Assembly (NCBI GenBank): GCA_012295275.1
Contig: CM022677.1
Location: 7,502,001 to 7,566,000, forward strand
Length of the DNA: 64,000 nucleotides
Direction: 5' to 3'
DNA from: Chrysomallon squamiferum
Lineage: Eukaryota; Animalia; Mollusca
Positions 46,482 through 60,617 of this stretch are shown here, piece by piece. The notes under the pieces are model-generated. The model saw only the letters and a program-made list of their open reading frames with translations. It made no database searches and was not told the DNA's origin. The translations under genes were made by a program, and so were the position numbers. Each line of letters begins with the position of its first letter. The first letter of the stretch is position 1.

Positions 46482-47106
46482 ACAAAATAATATTTTTGTT
46501 TTCTAAAAAAGGAACAAACAAACACACAAATAAAAACATTTGCAATATTATTGAAATAAATAGCATTAATTAATAAGTAAATTATATAGTATTAGTAGTA
46601 ATAGTAATAATTGTATAGCCATAAAAATAATTAATTAATTATGTAAACGGTCATATTTTACACTTTTGTCAGAAAACTTTCGAAAACTTTAACATTGTGT
46701 CACGTCATTGAGATGGATGATAGTAGCTGAAAGGTGTTATGAAGTTATTTTTATGACTATTTTATTATTTCCTAACCTAAAAAAATGGTCAAGCCATTTA
46801 ACATTGTAATGTTTCCAGTGTAGCTGTTGGATGTCTGTCTGTATGTTCAACTATCTTTCTCAATTTTAATTCTCACCATTAATTTCTACAAATTTCAATA
46901 CCGGCCCTGTCACCCTCCTCTTAGATTATGTGAATCAGTCCCTTGTTTAAACTAACTTGAACGTGCACAGTAAACAAAAGACGAAACATAATCTCTAACA
47001 TGTGTCTAAGATATCCAGTGATATCTAATTTAATTTGTAGTCACGTTTTTCGTATCTCGGGTATTCCTTTTGTTTTCTTTAACCTGCCAGTTCTGTTGAT
47101 ATTACT

Positions 47107-47157
<51 letters not shown>

Positions 47158-47216
47158 TTCATTTCTATGTCTTCCTTTACATTTTGTTTTCGTTGTTTGC
47201 ACGTGTGAAAGAGATA

Positions 47217-47252
<36 letters not shown>

Positions 47253-47267
47253 CACACACACACACAC

Positions 47268-47780
47268 TCAATAGTACTTCGACTTACGAGTGGCCCAACT
47301 TACGAGTTTTTCGAGTTACGAGCAGACGCCCGGCCGATATTATGCTTTGAGTTGCGAGCTAAAATCCGAGTTATGTCCGAGTTTCAGATACGGCGCCGAC
47401 AACACAACATCCGGCCAGCATCCCGTGTCTAACTCATTTACTTCATGTAGTTATCTCGCCGCGGAAACATCTGTTGTGTAGTGATCGGTTTTCTGTAGTA
47501 TTTTACCACATTTCCTTTTTTGACCAAGGTGAGTGCAAAGGACTCTGGTGAGTAGAAGAAGCGGATGATGTCCATTGAATTAAAGCTTGAATTCATAGAA
47601 ATACATGAGCTAGGTGTATTTGTAGTCAACTTGACTAGGCAGTACGAGTGTAGTACCATACTGAAGCTGAAGGAGACGATAAAGGCTTTTTGTGGACCTG
47701 GAACAGATTAATGGTATTTCAATTAATTTCAGTTGGGAAACTGATTTGATACACGAGCAAATTGAGATACGAGCTCGGCC
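47268..47780 (+). mobile_element. Internally deleted Tigger/pogo (Tc1-mariner) element
   Basis: Begins TAGTACTTCGACTTACGAG with repeated TTACGAG sub-terminal motifs. Encodes a CENP-B/psq HTH-like KKRMMSIELKLEFIEIHELGVFVVNLTRQYECSTILKLKETIKA at about 47555-47687. Ends with a Tigger-like GGAACAGATTAATGGTATTTCAATT...GATACACGAGCAAATTGAGATACGAGCTCGG; right TIR truncated. Confidence 0.82.
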
Positions 47781-48233
47781 ATATCATATCTCTTTACTTA
47801 TAGGTTATGATGTGTTAGAAAACTGAAATCAGTTTGAAAAACAAAAAAAAAAAAAAAAAATAAAAAAATAATAATAAACAAACAAACAAACAAACAAACA
47901 AAATGAAACAAAAATATATTGTTTTGTTCCTCATCCTAAAAACACTGAAGTGTCAGTACCAGCCCTGTTCCCCTCCTCTGTGATTATTGTGATTCAGTCC
48001 CTTGCTCCAACTAACTCGAGCGTGCATAGAGAAGAAAAGATGAAATATGATTTGTAACACCGGGTTTTAAAAGATAAGTTTACAGATCCCCAGTGAGGAT
48101 ACTGTTTAGTATCTAGTCACGTTTTTGAGATATCAGTTACTAAGTTTTGTTGTTTGTACGTATTAATGAGAGAGAGGGTCAAAAAACATCCTTCTTATCT
48201 GTGAATAGAACATTTTATACGATGCGTCATACA

Positions 48234-48267
<34 letters not shown>

Positions 48268-50584
48268 CAACAACAACAACAACAACAACAATAGCAGCAA
48301 TAAGGGCAATAGGATTAATAACAACAACAAGTAGTCAGGCCAATCCATCGTTTATTAAGCGACCCTGTCATTTTAATATCGTGTAAATTTCCTAGATGTT
48401 CTAGATAATTTGAATTAACTGAAGAAATTTTTAATTTGATTACTTTACTTTATTTATTACGTTAGCATTTTCCCTTAATATATATATTGAAAATCGTTAT
48501 TTTGTTATTCTGTTTAACTGCATTTACATTATATTTGAGTTTGATTATTTATATGTTACTTATGACATATATTACTGACATACCGTTCACACTGATTAAT
48601 TACAATTATTCTTAGTAGTAGTAGTAGTAATTGTTGTAGCTAGTAATAGAAGTAGTTGTCGTTGGAGTAGCAGTAATAACTAATACAAATATTAGCAGTA
48701 GTATTTATAGCTGAGTTTTATTAGTAGTAGTAGTGGCAGTAATAGTAACAGTAGTAGTAGAACTAGTAACACTAGTAATAATACTAACAAAAATAGAACA
48801 AAAGTAATACAATTATACTAGTACTACTAATTCTACTACTAAGACTATTACTACTACCACTATTATTATTATTATTAGTAGCAGTAGTAGTAGTAGTAGT
48901 AGTAATAGTAGTAGTAGTAATAGTAGTAGTATTAGTATTGCTGTTACTTCTGTATTCATTATTTATTTATTTACGTTTATATTTACTTATTCATTACTAT
49001 GTCTCCTTTACATATGTTTCGTTGTTTTCACGTATCAGTGAGACAGGATATATATATATATATAGTTGTATGTACGTGTGTATGCGTCTGTGGTGTGTGT
49101 GTCTGAAAGTGATTTGTATTGTAATCTATTTTAGAAACCGGACGTCACAATATTTATTTTTAACATCATATTTCTCTACTTATAGGTTACGAAGTGATAG
49201 AAAACAAATCAAATTGAAATTATAAAAAAATAAATAAATAAATAAATAAATAAAAATAAATAAATAAATAAATAAATAAACAAAATAAATCAAAATGAAA
49301 CAATAATATATGGTTTTGTTCCTCATCCTAAAAACACTGAAACCTCAGTACCGGCCCTGTTCCCCTCCTCTGTGATTATTGTGAATCAGTCCCTTGCTCC
49401 AACTAACTCGAGCGTGCATAGAGAAGAAAAGATGAAACATGCTTTGTAACTTTGGGCTTTAAAAGACGAGTTTACAGATATCACTGAGGTATCCAGTTTA
49501 GTAGCTAATCACGTTTTTGAGATATCAGTTACTATGTGTTGTTGTTTGTACGTAGCAGTAGTATTTATAGTTGACTTTTATTAGTAGATAGAAAGATATT
49601 AGTTTCAGAACGCGATATTATTTCACCTGATACAGCTTAACAAATCATATTACAACATACGTATTGTCTGTTTTTCTTTTAATTTATTTATTTATTTATT
49701 ATTTGTTTGTTTGTTTTTTTAAAAGCCAATTTAACAAATATATATTTACATATAAAATAAAACATTAAAAAAAAATTTTTTCGAAGGTTTTCCTTAAAAC
49801 GACGTTCTTTTTCAGAACTAATTTACTATAAATCTATAAATTGTCAGTTTGTGCTGAATGAAGACACGCTTCAGGTTAACTGACATTTAAATCTGCACAA
49901 ATTTGGACTAACCTAAACCTAACCAAAACCTAACCAAAATGCTAACCATACTTCTGAAACTCCTCATATGATTTTCCAGGTCTTGCAGCTTGTTCAGCTA
50001 TTTAAATTAACCCTGGGCATAAACCTTACTCGTAACAGTGTGATAAAATTAAGGATGTTTTGAAATAAATCTAACCAAATCATTTCCTATCACGTAACAA
50101 TGTTTCCAAATAAACTAAAGAAAACATATTTTGATAAATGTATATTTAAATCAGCTAACTTTAACCCACAGTGAAAAATTTACTAAAATAACTTTATTTT
50201 GTTTCCGTAATATTTAACTTTCAACATGTTTTATAATGTATTTAACATTTTTTATAAGCAGTAAAATAATTAAAACTGGACTTCATTTGTGTCAGGAACT
50301 GAAGTTTCCATTAATTAATACTGAATCTCAACTATTTTTAGTCATAATAATTATAAACTTTTCAGAGTTATGGCCCTTTGTTTATATAAAAATGTGTTCT
50401 CAAGCCAGATCAGTCAATGAATTCATCTTTATTCATTTCACTTCCATCATTAATTCCAGTATAATCATTCCGTCAACAAGAGATAACGTTCTCCAGTCGA
50501 TCAAGTACACACTCCAGTTGTTTCATTTCTTTGTCACTGTTTTCTGAACGTGATCTTTTCCTTCTTCTTGTTTGTTATAAGCCA

Positions 50585-50735
50585 GTCTGTTATATGTAAC
50601 ATGGATAACGATACATCATCTGACCAGTCTGTTACATGTAATATAGACAGTGTTACACCACAGGACCAATCGGACACATGTAATATAGACATTGTTACAC
50701 CACAGGACCAATCGGACACTTGTAATATTGACATC
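50585..50735. repeat. 39-bp tandem repeat, about 3.5 copies, specific to arm B
   Basis: CATGTAATATAGACA.TGTTACACCACAGGACCAATCGGA-type units, derived from the single sequence seen at about 9735-9780 in arm A. Confidence 0.8.
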
Positions 50736-51327
50736 CTCTTTTTCTGGGGGTCGCTTTTTTTTCTTTTTTTTTTTTTTTTAAATCTTTAATTAATTAATAA
50801 ATTAATTTGATCATTCTACTGTTTGTAATGAATTCTTAATTCATAATGAAATAATATATATCCGAAAAAAAAAAAAAAAAAAAAAATAATATTATGTTTC
50901 TGAAATCAGGATAAAAAGATCTACAGTTATAATTAACTGTAGTCAACCTTTATTTCCTAAACTTAAAATTACTTTTCAGTACCTAACAACACCGCCAACA
51001 ACAAACAACAACAACAATAATATAGATAACTTGCAAGTACAAATAATTTTATTGTTGCTGTTGTTGTATACACACTTTAAAACAATGAGACGGTTATAAC
51101 CTTAACTGTATTTCTCAGCCTCTCGTAACAACAACAGCAACGGACATAGTAATAATAATGATAAATGAGTTGTCGAGCTATAATTTCTGAATTGACTCTG
51201 TTAACTAACGGTTTAATTTCTGCTAGAAATAGCTGAATAATTATTTGTTATAAAAAAATAATGTACTGTTGTTAGTGAAATGAGAAAGATCTCGTCTCCC
51301 CATTCGCTATCGAATAAACAGTAAGGA

Positions 51328-51522
51328 ACACTGTATAACACTGTATAACACTGTGTAACACTGTGTAACGCTGTATAACACTGTATAACGCTGTATAACA
51401 CTGTATAACGCTGTATAACGCTGTATAACACTGTATAACGCTGTATAACACTGTATAATACTGTATAACGCTGTATAACACTGTATAACACTTGTATAAC
51501 GTTGTATAACACTGTATAACGT
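51328..51522. repeat. 10-bp tandem array (ACACTGTATA/ACGCTGTATA), about 19 copies
   Basis: Directly visible; lies in an approximately 300-bp segment (about 51221-51521) absent from arm A at about 9113. Confidence 0.93.
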
Positions 51523-52515
51523 TTGTAAGGTGGGGAAAGTTACTAACAATTAGTAATTGTTAACAGTGTAACAACTCGCTCCGAGTAGTTGGTCAAACTC
51601 AGACTAATTTATTTTGTTAATAATTCTGTGTGTGTGTGTGTTTATTTTTGTTTTATTTTAAAAAATCCATAACTTTCGAACAATTTGACTCACAATTTTA
51701 AATATTATGTTTCTGAAATCAGGATAAAAAGATTTAAACTTATAGTTAACTGTAGTTAAAATTACTTTTGAGTACCTAACAACACCGCCTACAACAAACA
51801 ACAACAACAACAACAATAATATAGATAAAGAAAAAGTAACACTGATAATAACAATAACAGAAAAATAAATAAGTTTAAAAAGCTATGACACAATAAAACA
51901 GCAACAAAATTTAAAATAATAAATTTAATGATATGAAATCACATCACATATAAACTTTAAATATGTGTGTGTGTGTATGTGTGTTAATGTCGCCGTCGTT
52001 GCCGTTGTACCGGCGTTGTTCCTAACATTATTCCAGTACACTTCATTCTTCCTTTTGGTTTTTTATTCGTTAATATTGTTGCTTTCTTTCCATGTCCAAT
52101 TTATACTAAAATTTATTATTATTATCTGTGCTAATGCCGCCGTCGTTGCCGTCGTTGCCGTCGTAACGTTCTCGTTATTATCTGCCCGAGACAGATACAC
52201 ATTTACAACTTAGAGGAATCCGCGTGACAGTCAGTAATATAAAAATTACGCTTTATTAATCTTGATTCAGTAGTCTCAATAAACAAAAGACATGAACTGA
52301 TATATGGAATGTGTTTCTATTAGTTTGCTGCGTACATTTCAGTAACAAATATTGAGTCATTTTTTCACATTCACAGTTTATAAAAGGAGGATTTTATTTT
52401 AATATGATTAAATAATTTTCATATGATTAAATAAACAAATTTCCATCTTAATCAAATAACGTCTTAATAATACACATCCATTTATTTTTCAGAAAACTGA
52501 TACAATAAATGACAA

Positions 52516-52580
<65 letters not shown>

Positions 52581-55038
52581 TGATAATAATAAAATCCAGA
52601 AATAGATAAAGATTAGGACAATATCACGTTCTCTTTTTATAAATTCTAATATGATCATTAACAAATAAAAGAAAACCTCTCAGTATTTCTTGATGTTAAG
52701 CAATTTTTGTTTTGTTTTGGGGTTTTTTTTGTTTTTGTTTTTTTGTTTGTTTGTATTGAATTTACCAGTCCTCTGATCAAAAACAGTTCTAGGCCTCAGA
52801 AAAAGGAAATGTTTTATTATAAACGGCATTAACGTCATATTTATAATAATGTTGAGCTATTAACGCAAGATAGAAGCTTTATATCTCCGCTCCACATCTA
52901 AATATCAGTATATTCTTTATGCGAAATATTAATTTCAAAATTATAATCAAGTCATTAAAATTTTATTTTTAAAATGCTGTGTACAATTATCAATGAAAAT
53001 TAGGATTTCTTCGCTAATGTTATTAGGTATAGAACTCAGTACACTGATAATAATAGTGAAGCGGTAATATTAACACAGTACACTGAAAAACAAGAACAGT
53101 TATAATGAAACAAAGAGAATGGCGTCAAACATCTATAGGAAGCTTCCGTTTTTACTGAAAAATAAATTAAATTAAAAAAATATATTAAAAACGATTTTGT
53201 TGTTACTTACCTGATGACTATTAGAGGAGTGACAAATATGTATTCTGCTCTACTGATATATTTATATATACTGGTGGAGAGGTTATAATGTGTAATACAG
53301 AATATAAAATATATTACACTATTCAACTTGCGCTGATGAATGTAATGAAAAAATTAAATTTCGCATAATAAAATAACATGATAATCATGTTTGTTCTCAG
53401 CTAATTAGTACAAACTGTCGTGAAATGTTTAAATGTAACCTGTACAATATTAATAAAATATCAGATTAATATTTCTCAACTTACTTACCTACAAACTGTA
53501 AATATCACCGCTGAACCACCTATTAATTCTCACCTTTTTCTTCTTACAGGTAATAATTCTCACCTTTTTCTTTTTACAGGTAATTAAGCTGCTTATTTTC
53601 ATAACGACGATGTGTTAATATTAACGCCACACCTCTGTTGAGACACTAATGAGATCTGATATAGATAGTGATGGCGGCGTTAAAACTGCAAGTGTTATTT
53701 TCATAAGGTCTTTTTCTAGACAGGTATGTATTTAAAAACTGAGGTTACACTTGAAATATTAGCAAATAATTAATTATATATGAAGTGATATTTATCTTAA
53801 TATTTCTAGTTGAGATGTCCAGTGAATATTCAGGAATTAAATATAGCAGCCAGATAATAATGACATTTCATTAGCAACTGTGATATTAATGTGGTATTTC
53901 TCAACGGAATTTGTGTTGTTTTTACTATATCAGGTCAGAATAATGTGTTACTCAGCAAAAATGACGTAGTGTTTTTGTTAAGACAATGCACTATTTACAT
54001 TGATAATTTTAGGCTGATATATTTTTGCACGTCAGCACTGTTTAAATAGTTTTAGATGTTATTAGCTTGATCCACAGAATATATTTAATGGCATCCTGAA
54101 AGATAACAGTGGATTCTTTAATAGTCGTGTCATTCCGATTGAGGCACATCATGTGATCCAGAAAAAATGTCAATATTTTTCTTTTTCTTTTTTCATGACA
54201 GATCCAAAATCTGCTAAAATTCGGTCAGTTGAAGTCTGTCAAATTTAATTAATAAAAGTTAAAATTATCAAATTTGAATTGACGTTTTATTTACTTCCAG
54301 AAATAATATTATTAATCTGAAATACATCAGAATTTTGAGGTGTGTATTAAACAATTTTTATTAGGTATATATTTGTTTCACAAGCATTATTAAAATTAGA
54401 AATAATTTTTATTACTAAAGAATTAGAACGTTTGTGAAGGGAGACAACTGTAACAGAGCATTACCTACAACGTCATTCAACGATGCGAAATCTTTCATAG
54501 GAAAAAAAAAAAGAACAAGATATTGTTATACTTGGGATATACATTATTGTGTATATAAAATATGATTGAAAATAGAAAAAAAGAGTGGGATTCAACGAAA
54601 TCGTATCTGTTGCAACAGCAGAAGAAATCGTTTTCGCAGAAAAACAAAATATGGTTAAAAGAAAAAGGTAAATGTCAATTTTAAATAATAGCAATAATAA
54701 TACAACGAGCTCGCTGTCTGTGACAATAGCATTGTATTATAATCTGTTTTAATAATATTACAGAACACAACTAAATAAACTAATTTTTTTCAGAAATTGT
54801 CAATGAAAGCGGTAAATAAATAAATAAATAATGGAAAAAAAAAAGGCTAAAAGATAAATATCGTTTGTAATAGAAACGGTGTAGCAGCCAGTGCGGTATC
54901 TTTCCATCAACCTCAAAACAATTGTTAATGAATAACGATACATTATTATTTGTGTGTGTGTGTGTGTTTGTGTGTGCTGTTCGTATATGAATGTATACAT
55001 AATATTATAAATATAGATAGATAGATAGCTGAAACCTG

Positions 55039-55082
<44 letters not shown>

Positions 55083-55662
55083 CTTATCGGATATTGTTTT
55101 TGGTAAGAAACCTATTTTGAGAGGTTGCACTTTTATTTATAGATAAAAAAAGAATAAAAGAAAAGAAGGATGCAATGTAAACAGTTTTTGAAATGTTTTA
55201 AATATATTTATAACTGTTGTGTTCTAGAACTGTATATCTGTACAACCCCGAATGCTTCTGTATACAATTTTAAAATGTTTTATGTAGATGAATAAATGTT
55301 TAGTAAAAAACAGCGGAGAACTAGCGAACTGGATTTAAAGCTCCGTTATACAGATGAAATAAATTCGAATGAAATTAGAAAATGATTATTTTTGAAAATA
55401 AAATACAATTCCTAAGCCAAAGCGTTTTCTAATTCTAAATATATGCATAAATACATAAAAACAATCACATTCATTATTTCCCATTCTTTTTCTAAGGTTG
55501 ATTAAAAATAATGCTGATAATTACAGATATTACATTTCGAAGTTGTCTTGGAAAGCTTCTTAAATAACACCTAGAGTTGTCTCTTACAACAAATAATATA
55601 CTATTTGAAGTACTAGGTAAATTATTGTACTACTTTTTCACACTAAACTGATTAGGATCATG

Positions 55663-55713
<51 letters not shown>

Positions 55714-56484
55714 GGACCCGGTGAATGACTGTGCATGAGTGTGTGTATGAAAACAATGACTTTAGTTACAAATATTTGTGGGAATTATAGGCCTAACGTT
55801 GGGTTTGATCTTTTCTGAGATATGTCTAGTCGACATATTTATATTTCACGCTGATCTTTCTACGTCACTGGAAATCTTTAATTGAAAATAGTTTCGTCAT
55901 TTTTACATTGAGGTCAATGGCTGAAAAGCGCAATAAACTCGTATTTTCACATTAGATTTATAAATAAATCATTATGTGAATGTAAAACCAGGTTTTTACT
56001 TTGAACTAGATCATAAGTTATAACCATTCATATTATATAAACTAAGAGGGAAGGGTGAGGTGACTTGAGCCTTGAGGGGGGGCGGTAAACTTTCTTTAGC
56101 CTATGGGAGGCAAGCACATTAAATCCAACCCTGAGTCAGTCACACGGAACTCTCTTTTTTCTTACTTAAGTACATATCTTTTTTACTTTCCTGTTGTATT
56201 TACAAAAATAAATGTTAGTTTAGGTATCTGTGTGTTTGTGCCGTTTTTATTATTTTATTGTTGTTATTATTATTTATTTATTTATTTACCCTTGTTTTGA
56301 AGTTTTTATCTTTACAGACGCTAACACAGTAGACATATACTGTAATAAGATATTTTATCATTGTTAATCTTCATGTACTTAGACATTTAATATCCTAACA
56401 ACATAAATGTATTTGTCTTGACTGATTATTGCATTACGTTGTGTCACTTTTCACTTGATTCACATTAATCACTCCTTAATACAG

Positions 56485-56540
<56 letters not shown>

Positions 56541-56737
56541 TATTAATAATCAAAAGAAATGTTATGTGGTAACAATGGAAATTTCAGAAATATATTAAAA
56601 CATATTTACTTTCATATGTTTTTATTTAACATTTCAGCACACCAGGAAAAGACACCCGAAAAGGTGAATACACCCTTCATTTGATTGGTTTCTACTTTGT
56701 TATTGATAACAGATGTCAGAATAGGTTCAAACATTGA

Positions 56738-56779
<42 letters not shown>

Positions 56780-56990
56780 TTTTGTTATAAGAGAAATAAA
56801 CTTTAAATGTAGTGCCATTATGAATTGTTTGATGGGATTATTTGTTGTTTTAACGCATACTCAGTTTATATATATGCGATATCTTACACAGACTACACAG
56901 TTTAAAATGCAATGCAGATAAAACAAAGGAAAATAATTATTTATTTCCAGTCTCTCTGAGTTGCCATAGTTGTAAATTTTTATTTTATTT

Positions 56991-57021
<31 letters not shown>

Positions 57022-57187
57022 CAGACAATGTTTTCAGACCTATATCAAACCTTGGTAAATTCCTGGACAATAATTAGCAACTTATTTCTGTGATTTCTAA
57101 GCTTTGTGATTTTACGTGGTGCATTAAAATAGATTAAGAAGAAGAAAGAAAAAATAGGGTGAAAACAAAATAACAACACCGTTTATT

Positions 57188-57271
57188 TGAAAAAAGAACC
57201 ATATCGATTTATACGTACGTATATGTTAATAAAGGTTTATGTTCCTTTATTTATTTTATTTGTTTTAAACT

Positions 57272-57313
<42 letters not shown>

Positions 57314-57622
57314 TTTTTTTTTTTTTTTTTTTTAGTATAGTAGTTGCAGAAAAATGCGGGATGATTACCGGTGTTTACAGATTTACGATTGGCTAATAAT
57401 GAGAGGAAAAAATCAAACAAAAAACAAACGCAAAATAATAAAAAATAAATATAATAAAAAAAGAACCATATCGATTTATAATTAGTACGTATATTTGATA
57501 AAGGTTATTTTGTTCCTTTACTTATTTCATTTGATTTGAATTTTTTTTTTTTTTTTTTTTTTTTCCACTGTATTAGTTTCGGAAAAATGCGGGGTGATTG
57601 CCGGTCTTTACGGATTTACTGT
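57188..57622. repeat. Diverged direct duplication, about 270-bp period
   Basis: AAAAAAGAACCATATCGATTTATA...GTACGTATAT...AAAGGTT...GAAAAATGCGGG.TGATT.CCGGT.TTTAC.GATTTAC occurs at about 57190-57390 and 57457-57620. Confidence 0.85.
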
Positions 57623-58276
57623 TGTATTTGACGTTTGAAGAATTTTATTCAGAATTCATGTAATCGCATTATCAACCAACAAAGAAGTTGCTTAAAACAT
57701 TTCAGGAGACAGGTATTACTATTTATTATTATTGTTGTTAATGTGTTTTGATTTTTTTGGTTTTATTTAATTATAATTTAAAAGTCATAGCCGCATGATG
57801 GCAGCCATCTTATTCGGGAACAATAATTATTTATTTATTTATTTTTTTATTTTTATTTTTTTTTTTTTCAAATAACGACTCTCAATTATAAATAAAATTC
57901 ACCAGTGGTTGTACTAATGTGAACAGCATAAACAACATCATATAAACAAGAAATCATGACTAATAAAACAATTAAAAATACTAATTTTCTTTGACAGGTT
58001 GTTTTCTGCCAGGTTATTTATGATTTAGTATTTTTAAATCACTGACTTGCTCTCTATATTATTAAACATATTTAAATTATTTTTTAACCATATTAAAGGT
58101 TATAATAGGTGGGGCCCTAAATGCTTTCATATCATTAAAGTTAAATAACTGTATAACTCTATGTAAACATTAAAAACTAATAAATCTGTATAAATATTTT
58201 TTTTAAATATGACCAGGTTATTTTGATATGCAGATACAGTAAAATATTAATATAATTATTTGTTATAATAAATATT

Positions 58277-58321
<45 letters not shown>

Positions 58322-58559
58322 ATTACACACGATAAACACAAAAGATATTAATACACTGTACAATCTCCATGCACAAAACATTACTAAAATTATTTTTTTT
58401 TGAGGCAGGTGTCTTATGCAGATAATATGACTAATACTAAGACATCCAAAACTATTTACCTCTGTATCTATGGATAATGTACCTGGCTGACATGTATTAC
58501 AACATGTTAAATTCATACAGTATAAACCTATGAATGTACAAGGTCTGAGTTATGGACAC

Positions 58560-59330
58560 ACAAATAAACGGAGCATATTGACATTCAGAATGCCAGGCAG
58601 GACACTCCTCACATTCCACATTGACACAGGCAATGGATGGTGACATTGACATTCATGTTCGGCAGGAAACTGCTGCAATTCTATATGGTGCTCCCCAAAA
58701 CTGGCAGTGGTAAGTCAGTTTCAAATCCTGTGCTGCCAAGGCCTGCACCTTTGGTCAGTGTAACTGATTGGAAAACTCACCTGGAGGCCTTTACAGTGTC
58801 ATTTACTCAGAATTCCCTGCCACTGAGCATGGTCCCCAAAATCATAGAATATGCTAAAGAAATTGCTAGAGGTAAAAAGGCAATGGATGCCCTATCATGC
58901 AAGCGTGAAGGACTTGGTACTTTGTCTCACAAGAAGCCTACTGAATGACTTTAAACAAAGTTTATTTTCGATGAACATGGACAACACCACAACGGTGCTC
59001 TCTACATTAGTTAGCTACTTCTCTGAGTCACAGCAAAAGGCTGTAGTCAAACACTTTGAGTCTGAAGACATGACAGTTGTGAATGCCCAGAAACTTCTGG
59101 ATTTTGTCTTGAAAACTTGTGAGAGGTACCAAATTCCACTAACAAACCTAATATTGTCACATTCTACAAATTATATGGGAGGAAAACATGTCGGAATTGA
59201 AACCCTGTTGAGAGAAAAGGTTCCCCATCTGTGTGACATTGATGGTGATATCTGTCACCACATTCACAACAGTGTTCAGAAATTGTGTGTGCATCTTGGG
59301 TCTGTAGTTGAATGACTTGCACATGGAAAA
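58560..59330 (+). mobile_element. Decayed hAT-like DDE transposase fragment
   Basis: Two overlapping frames give LPLSMVPKIIEYAKEIARGKKAMDALS and FSMNMDNTTTVLSTLVSYFSE...VVKHFES...IPLTNLI...NYMGGKHVGIETLLREKVPHLCDIDGDICHHIHNSVQK: first catalytic Asp region plus CxxH motif of an RNase H-like transposase. Frameshifted and 3'-truncated. Confidence 0.75.
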
Positions 59331-60101
59331 AAATAGCATTTATCAGACAAATGTAGATTGGTAAAAAAAATAAATAAATAAAGTATCATGTTGGAATTAC
59401 CATAAACTTTGTTTACAATTGATGTTAAATATTTTATGTAGGTCATTGCAGTATTGTCCAGTTGCTGTCTAGAAAGGGAATTTACATTATAGAGAAGGAT
59501 GAATCAGCTGTACAGACACTGCAGACTGCACTACTCCAAGTTGTAATTTGTTTTTATCTTATTTTTATTTGTTAGTGAGTAAAATAAGTTTTATAGTAAC
59601 AACTCTTTACTATTTTGTTAATTATTTAAATTATTACCATTATAATGATTATACAAAGTATATCAAAAATATTCCATACCCCTTTGTGTCCGAATAATCC
59701 AGTAACTGGTAACAGTACAATTTAAATTTTAATAATAACAGAAACATTAGCTATTTATTTATAACAGTTTTAGTTTATTATTTGTATTATTTTATTTGTA
59801 TATTTTTATTTTCAGAATACACATACAGCTCTAATTGATGTGCTGATGTTGTCTAGTGAAGTTGTTTCAGCAGAAGGTGCTGTCCAGCACTGAGGATAAA
59901 GTTTGTACTGCTGCCACTGGAAAAGAGAAAAAAAAACTGAACAGTGAATTTGAGTTTGTTTTCTTATGTATTTCTCATTATTCTAAACCTAAGGCAGTTT
60001 AATTTAAATTAATGTAGGAAGTTGGATTTTGTAACATGTACCAGTAAGTACACATGCACATACATTAGAATCTTGTATCACACACTGCATTTTAATTCAT
60101 A

Positions 60102-60132
<31 letters not shown>

Positions 60133-60566
60133 ACACACACACACATAAAACACACACACACCAGTTCCATTCATATAAACCTGATTATTTTGTGGTAAAT
60201 TTCTATATTTTAAAATAAAAGAAGAAGAAGCATCATATTTTATGAGTATTTTAAAATGTTTAACTTTCCTGTTACCAGACTGGAACTGTCAGCCTTCACA
60301 CAGTGTCACTGTTCCTGTGATGACAGACACACTAAAATACATTGGAGATGGATGTACTGTAGCTGGTGTCTATATTTATGTTGACCACAGTCTCTCAATT
60401 TTTGTGGTTGGTTTAATAACACAATTTTTGTAAATAAAATAATGAATCAGGTGGTAATTTTAAAATATATGAATCTTAATAACTAGTTAATCAACATAAT
60501 TCACATTATATTAGGTCTGGTTTTCTTTTTTGGTTTTGAATATGATACGTATGTAAATTGTTTTGG

Positions 60567-60617
<51 letters not shown>

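Larger units (their letters stand above)
46821..52376 (-). repeat. Right arm (B) of the long inverted repeat; partner at 8400-12593
   Basis: Collinear reverse complement of arm A, about 1.3 kb longer because of a Tigger derivative, an extra copy of the internal module (about 47790-48150), a 10-bp array and local duplications. It lacks the counterpart of about 9310-9730. Confidence 0.95.
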
